This document shows positions 58,863 through 64,000 of a DNA stretch of 64,000 nucleotides, one piece after another. The notes below the pieces were generated by a model. The model saw only the letters and a program-made list of their open reading frames with translations, was not told the origin of the DNA and did no database searches. The DNA is from Veleropilina oligotropha (Eukaryota), in the NCBI GenBank assembly GCA_048128005.1, contig JBEUKZ010000054.1, positions 372,001 through 436,000 on the forward strand, read 5' to 3'. Numbering within the stretch: position 1 is the first letter of the stretch; each line of letters begins with the position of its first letter. Made by a program: the position numbers and the translations under genes.

Positions 58863-60477
58863 TCATAGCTTTTTCATGATTGTAATTTTGTGATATGCAT
58901 ATTTAATATTATATAATATCAAAGTACTTAAATAAATTCAATAAACATTCAAGGTTATTGGTGTCATCAGCTAATATTTACATTGACCGCTATTTAGCTC
59001 ACTACAGTTTGATTGCATTCATACTACTATGAACGCAATACAGAAAATAGGCTAGGCGTAGTAATATCGCACTATGTTTCTTGTTATAATATAATTGTTA
59101 TACATATAAAGTTTGGCTCTAATGTAAATTTAATAGTAAAATTTATGATTTGAATTAACAATATTATTCATTATTTTTACCACAGAATGAAATCCATACA
59201 GGAACTATTTTATTGCACGATAAAAGGCTGTTCCGTTAATTGGACATTACCTGACGATATACAATAATAATTGCATCATAACAAACTAAATATTATGATT
59301 ATTTTTACGGGATTCTGGTTAAATACTAATGTAAATATAAGGATTGAACTGCAAGCAGCAATTACATATTCTATATGGAGATGTAATTGCTGGTTGCGTT
59401 CATACCAGCATAAACGCAACCAAATTGCAGTTCAATCCCTATTTAAATAACAAAGGTAGGGTTTTGGGGATTATTTTCATGGCATCAGTTTCACAATCTA
59501 GCATGCATCATCTCAACCAGACTTAATACATCTCCTCTTGTGAAGTGCTGTGATGGATACTGTCAGAGTTATTAATCTGCAAGATTCGGCGGATTTTATT
59601 TCAGACATATATCCTTTTTTATCGTAGTATACCACACAAGAGTGAGAATATAAATGGAAAATATGATATCTAGACAACATTATAGCAAAGTATATTATCT
59701 TCATTTCGTGAAATCTGCGACGTTCAATGGATCTAATTCCATCTCATTTGGTACAAGCATTTGTCATGTTCGCTTTGGATACCGGATAAACACCATTATT
59801 TTCATTTCGCGAAATCCGCGGTGTCTGATTGGTCAAAATGATGTCACGTGGAGCTTGAGAAATACTCATCTCAAACTCGACGTTTTCGTACCAAACTACA
59901 CGTCGTATGCTAGACATCATTTTCTTCTGCAGGAGATAATAAAGTGGTTTCAATTATTTCTTTGAGATTCAATCATATACATGAATGTATATGACTAAAA
60001 TATTCCTCAACTTTTCAAATATCCAGGTTATTCTGAGCTTAGAATAATCCGTAAGGTGCAATTTAACATGACGTTATTCATTGCTTAGTCATTGTTCAGC
60101 ATTGACAGGCATATAAAGTAAGATTTTTTTTTAAATAAAATGAAAATAAAAATGTTACCCTGTGGCGTCTCGTTTGATACGTAAGTTTATCCTGTTCGCT
60201 ATGCAATATCACACGCGACTTCGTCGCGTGTGATATTTTCAAAGCTCACAGGATAAACACGTCTCAAACTTGTCGCCCCAGGATAACGTTAAATATCAAA
60301 CTTGCCAGCTCATGATAACATTAAAGAGGGGATTTCACATTTGTGATCATTTAATATCACATTTATGAAATGAGGTTGCACAGAGGAAAATATGAAAATT
60401 AGTTAACGAGTTTCATGTGATATTAAATGATCACGAATGTGAGATTCTATTTATCATATATCTCATATTTTGACAAA

Positions 60478-61200
60478 AACAAGCTGCACAACATTGCCTT
60501 TAATTTGGTTAAATCACTAACATAATATCACTAACATAACTGCTACCATGATGTAGTGATCATGTATGCAAAGTGTCGATGAAATCTGCAAAACTGGTTG
60601 GGAGGATTAGCCCAGACAAGTTAATTCCAGACCATGTTTAGCAGTCTAGAGGTTACTACGGCAAGGTCATACCAGGGAAATTTGTCACCGTTGCACAACT
60701 ACATGATGTAGTGATCATGTATGCCAAATATCCATGAAATCTGCCCAGCAGTAGTACGGACAAGTTGATAACTGACAATGTTTAGCAGTCTAGAGGCAGC
60801 CCATTATTAGTAGAGGTCACTACAGCAAGGTCAAATGTCATTCCGGTAAAATTTGTCAGCGTTGCCCAACTACATGATGTAGTAATCATGTATGGCAAGT
60901 GTCGATGAAATCTACCCAGCAGGTTCGGAGGAGTAGTCCGGGCAATTTAATAACGGACAATGTTTAGCAGTCTTCTGTCTAGAGATCAATACGGCAAGGT
61001 CAAAGGTCATTGCAGGGAAATTTGTTAGCCTTGCACAACTACATGATATAGTGATCATGTATGCCAAGTGTCGATGAAATCTGCACAGCAGGCTGGGAGG
61101 TGTACGAAAAGTTAATAACGGTCAATGTTTAGCAGTCGAGGTCACTACGGCAAGGTCAAAGGTCATTCCGGGAAAATTTGTCGGGGTATCATTATGAAAC
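60478..61200 (-). mobile_element. Tandem-repeat-bearing (about 155-170 bp) HINE-like element; orientation and ends approximate
   Basis: CATGATGTAGTGATCATGTATG..GATGAAATCT recurs near 60548, 60702, 60873 and 61043. Confidence 0.55.
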
Positions 61201-61440
61201 GTAGTTATATTGCAGGTGAAATTTGTAAATTGATTGTTGACGTCATGAAAATGTGCCAGTGGGTATGGAAAATAACCGCGTTTTTACCTACTCTATAAAC
61301 TATATAGCGCAACAAATGCTATTATGAAAGCACCAATGTCACTTGATCAATATTATACTAATCCAACAAATGAGAAATACTCTATTCAAATAACATTAAA
61401 TGCATGACATGCATCAATTGGAAGTTACGTGTCGATTTCG

Positions 61441-62644
61441 TTTTTATACGCCCGTTTACGGGACGTATTATGTTTTCACCCACGTTGGGCGGGCGGATAG
61501 AAGTTGTCTGCTCAATAACTGGTGTAATTTTCATCCAATATTGACCAAACTTGGTAATGATGTTCGTAGCGATAATATATAGGTCAAGTTCGATAGCCAG
61601 CGACATCGGACCATTAGAACTAGAGTTATGTCCCTTGCAATATTGACAAAATACACAGTGTCCGCTCGGCTTTTTTTATTCCTTCTTCACCAAACTTGGT
61701 AAAGATGTTTGCAGCGATAATATCGAGGTCAAGTTCGATAGCTAGCATCATCGGACCGTTAGAACTAGAGTTATGGCCCTTGAATTATGTAAATATTTCA
61801 TGACCGCTTGATAACGCGAGCAATTTGTATTCATTCTTCACCAAACTTGGTAAAGTTGTTTGTACTGATAATATCTAGGTCAAGTTCGAAAGACAACATC
61901 ATCGGACCATTAGAACCAGAGTTGTGCCCCTTTAAATATGCAAAATTGACATAATACATGGTGTCCACTGGATAACTCGATCAATTTGTATTCATTCTTC
62001 ACCAAACATGATAAAGATGTTTGTAGCAATACCATCTAGGTCAAGTACGATATCCAGAGTTATCCCCCTTGAAAATTTCATAAATAAACAGAACTTTGAA
62101 TATTACTTGAAGTATTGAGCATTAACATTCTTTCTTTCATTACAAGAATTTTAAGTAGGTTTGTTTGTTATGTATACTTATATAAATATTATGTGTGTAC
62201 AATGGTAAATGACATGTGCTTATCTGTAAGACTTGCTCACTGCCAATAGGCACAGTAAGCTGTTAAGCTTAATGGTCAGTCTGTGAAGATGGGATTTTCA
62301 AAATCGGAAATTAAACTGATTTTGAAAATTGTCTTCCCATTGGTTCATTCCAATGGTATCTTGAAATGGCAGTATATGTTGCCATTTTACAAGAGCAGAT
62401 TGTATTCAATGTCTAATGTCACTCTGGTCAACTGGTTGGGGTTCAAATTATCAGGTAATGTGGCTCTTGAATTACGTAAATTATGCAAAATTGACTTTCT
62501 ACGGTTTGATTAATGACTAGCAAATTTCATCCAACATTTACCACATTTGTTCATGTGAAAATGCTTCATTATTTTGCAAACAATTTGCTCGTGACTTCAA
62601 TAGAACATTGATACGGGCGCATATTGTGACCTGGCACTCGTGTT
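61441..62644 (+). mobile_element. HINE-like element with about 140-150-bp internal repeats
   Basis: Subterminal IR ATACGCCCGT/ACGGGCGCAT, 5' hairpin, repeated ACCAAACTTGGTAA..AGGTCAAGTTCGA units. Confidence 0.65.
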
Positions 62645-63301
62645 ATCGTTATCGAGTTTGAAGTGAGGTGTCTGCTCAGGATATAAAACAAGACTAATGT
62701 TCATCAAATTATATATAAAGCACCAGAATCCTGACAAATGTGTCAGCTTGGTAAATGTTGCCATTATAAACACGTTTTAAGAATTTTTTTTATAAAAATG
62801 CAACATTAATATGTTAATTTCCATCTAAAATTAATTTGAAGCGACAAGAAAATAGCGACAATTTTGAATTGAAATGAACACTGAACACTACATATCTGAA
62901 ACTAAAGGGCTAACTACTACATATACGGTACATTGAATCCTATGTGCTATGACTATGAGAGCTAGGTAAACGATCTTACATGGATGTTTGCATGCAATAT
63001 TTCAACAAAAATTGGTAGTTGGTTGCAGTATTTTTCCTTGTACAGTGTAGTCCCACACACTGAAAATGACCTTTTGCTATACGCTCTATTTTTCGTTTTT
63101 ATAAAACACTTTGACGCTATATAAAATGACCCGAATATATGATAAACAAGAAGTGTGAGAGTCACACATTATCCCGTCGGGTTTGTCATAATTGATGGAG
63201 AGTACATTTTTAAGTTGATAAAGGGGAATAACTGTGCACATAATTGTCAAAATTTTTCCAAAATGTAACATGACCCCCTGTGTTTTATTTGCAACACAGT
63301 C

Positions 63302-64000
63302 ACAAGATGCAAACAATATCTGATGCAAGGCTATGAAGATAATTGACGAAAACTAAATATTTTCGTCGAAAAAGAGAGACAACTGTGGAAATATTTGTCG
63401 AAGTTCTGCCGAAATTGAAATGATCTCTGATCTATTATTTGGAAATCAGCCATAAGATGTGAACGACATCCGATTGATGGGAAAAAAATGTTTATGTAAA
63501 AAAGGGGGGAAAAACTGAGGTAATATTTGGCGAGATACCAAATTCAATAGGCATCTACTATATGTCCCAAAAAACCTGCATACGAAATTTGAACTCACTG
63601 TTTTCGCGATATCCTGATTACGTCATCAGAAACGAATTTTTTGTCGAAAAGGGGGGATAACTGTGCAAATATTTGTCAGAATAATATCAAATTCAATAGG
63701 AACCTAGTTTATGTACCACTAAACCTGCATACCAAATTTGGACCCCTACCTATTATGGTTTTCCTGATATCCTATTCACGTCGTCTGAAACGGAAATTTT
63801 ATGTCGAAAAAGGGGGATAACTGTGCAAATATTTGGCGGATTAATCTGAAATTCAATAGCAACTTAGTTTATGTCCCAATAAACCTGCATACCAAATTTG
63901 AATGCCATATCTGTTATGGTTTTCCCCGATATCCTGTTCACGTCGTCCGGAAATTTTGTCGAAAAAGGGGATAACTGTGCAAATATTCGGCGGAATTATC
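63302..64000 (-). mobile_element. HINE-like element / about 155-160-bp tandem array running off the window end
   Basis: AAAAGGGGGATAACTGTGCAAATATTTG..AAATTCAATAG..AAACCTGCATACCAAATTTG repeated. Confidence 0.6.

Overview
Animal (invertebrate, probably mollusc-like; an inference from the repeat types) genomic DNA with three spliced host genes and many mobile elements. (1) 1-34 kb: a + strand gene for a TPR (Hop/STI1-type clamp) protein with two predicted TM helices. One 24.8-kb intron holds a decayed Tc1/mariner element, into which three same-orientation DIRS1-type tyrosine-recombinase retrotransposons are nested (A 5152-27485 > B 6101-20988 > C 9643-17111). The 3' end of a fourth copy is at 1-1230. 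Copies A and C have intact gag, RT/RNaseH/MT and YR frames; B is disrupted. The gag stop CCC-TAG-G sits where a +1 frameshift would give Gag-Pol and readthrough would give Gag-YR (hypothesis). (2) 35.6-43.7 kb: an 8-kb 30/32-bp minisatellite with higher-order structure. (3) 45-59 kb: divergent PMVK (-, 4 exons, one GC-AG intron) and TRMT1 (+, with a tandemly amplified splice donor). tRNA-derived SINEs, HINE/Helentron-like elements and long palindromes are scattered throughout. All calls were made by eye; no searches were run.
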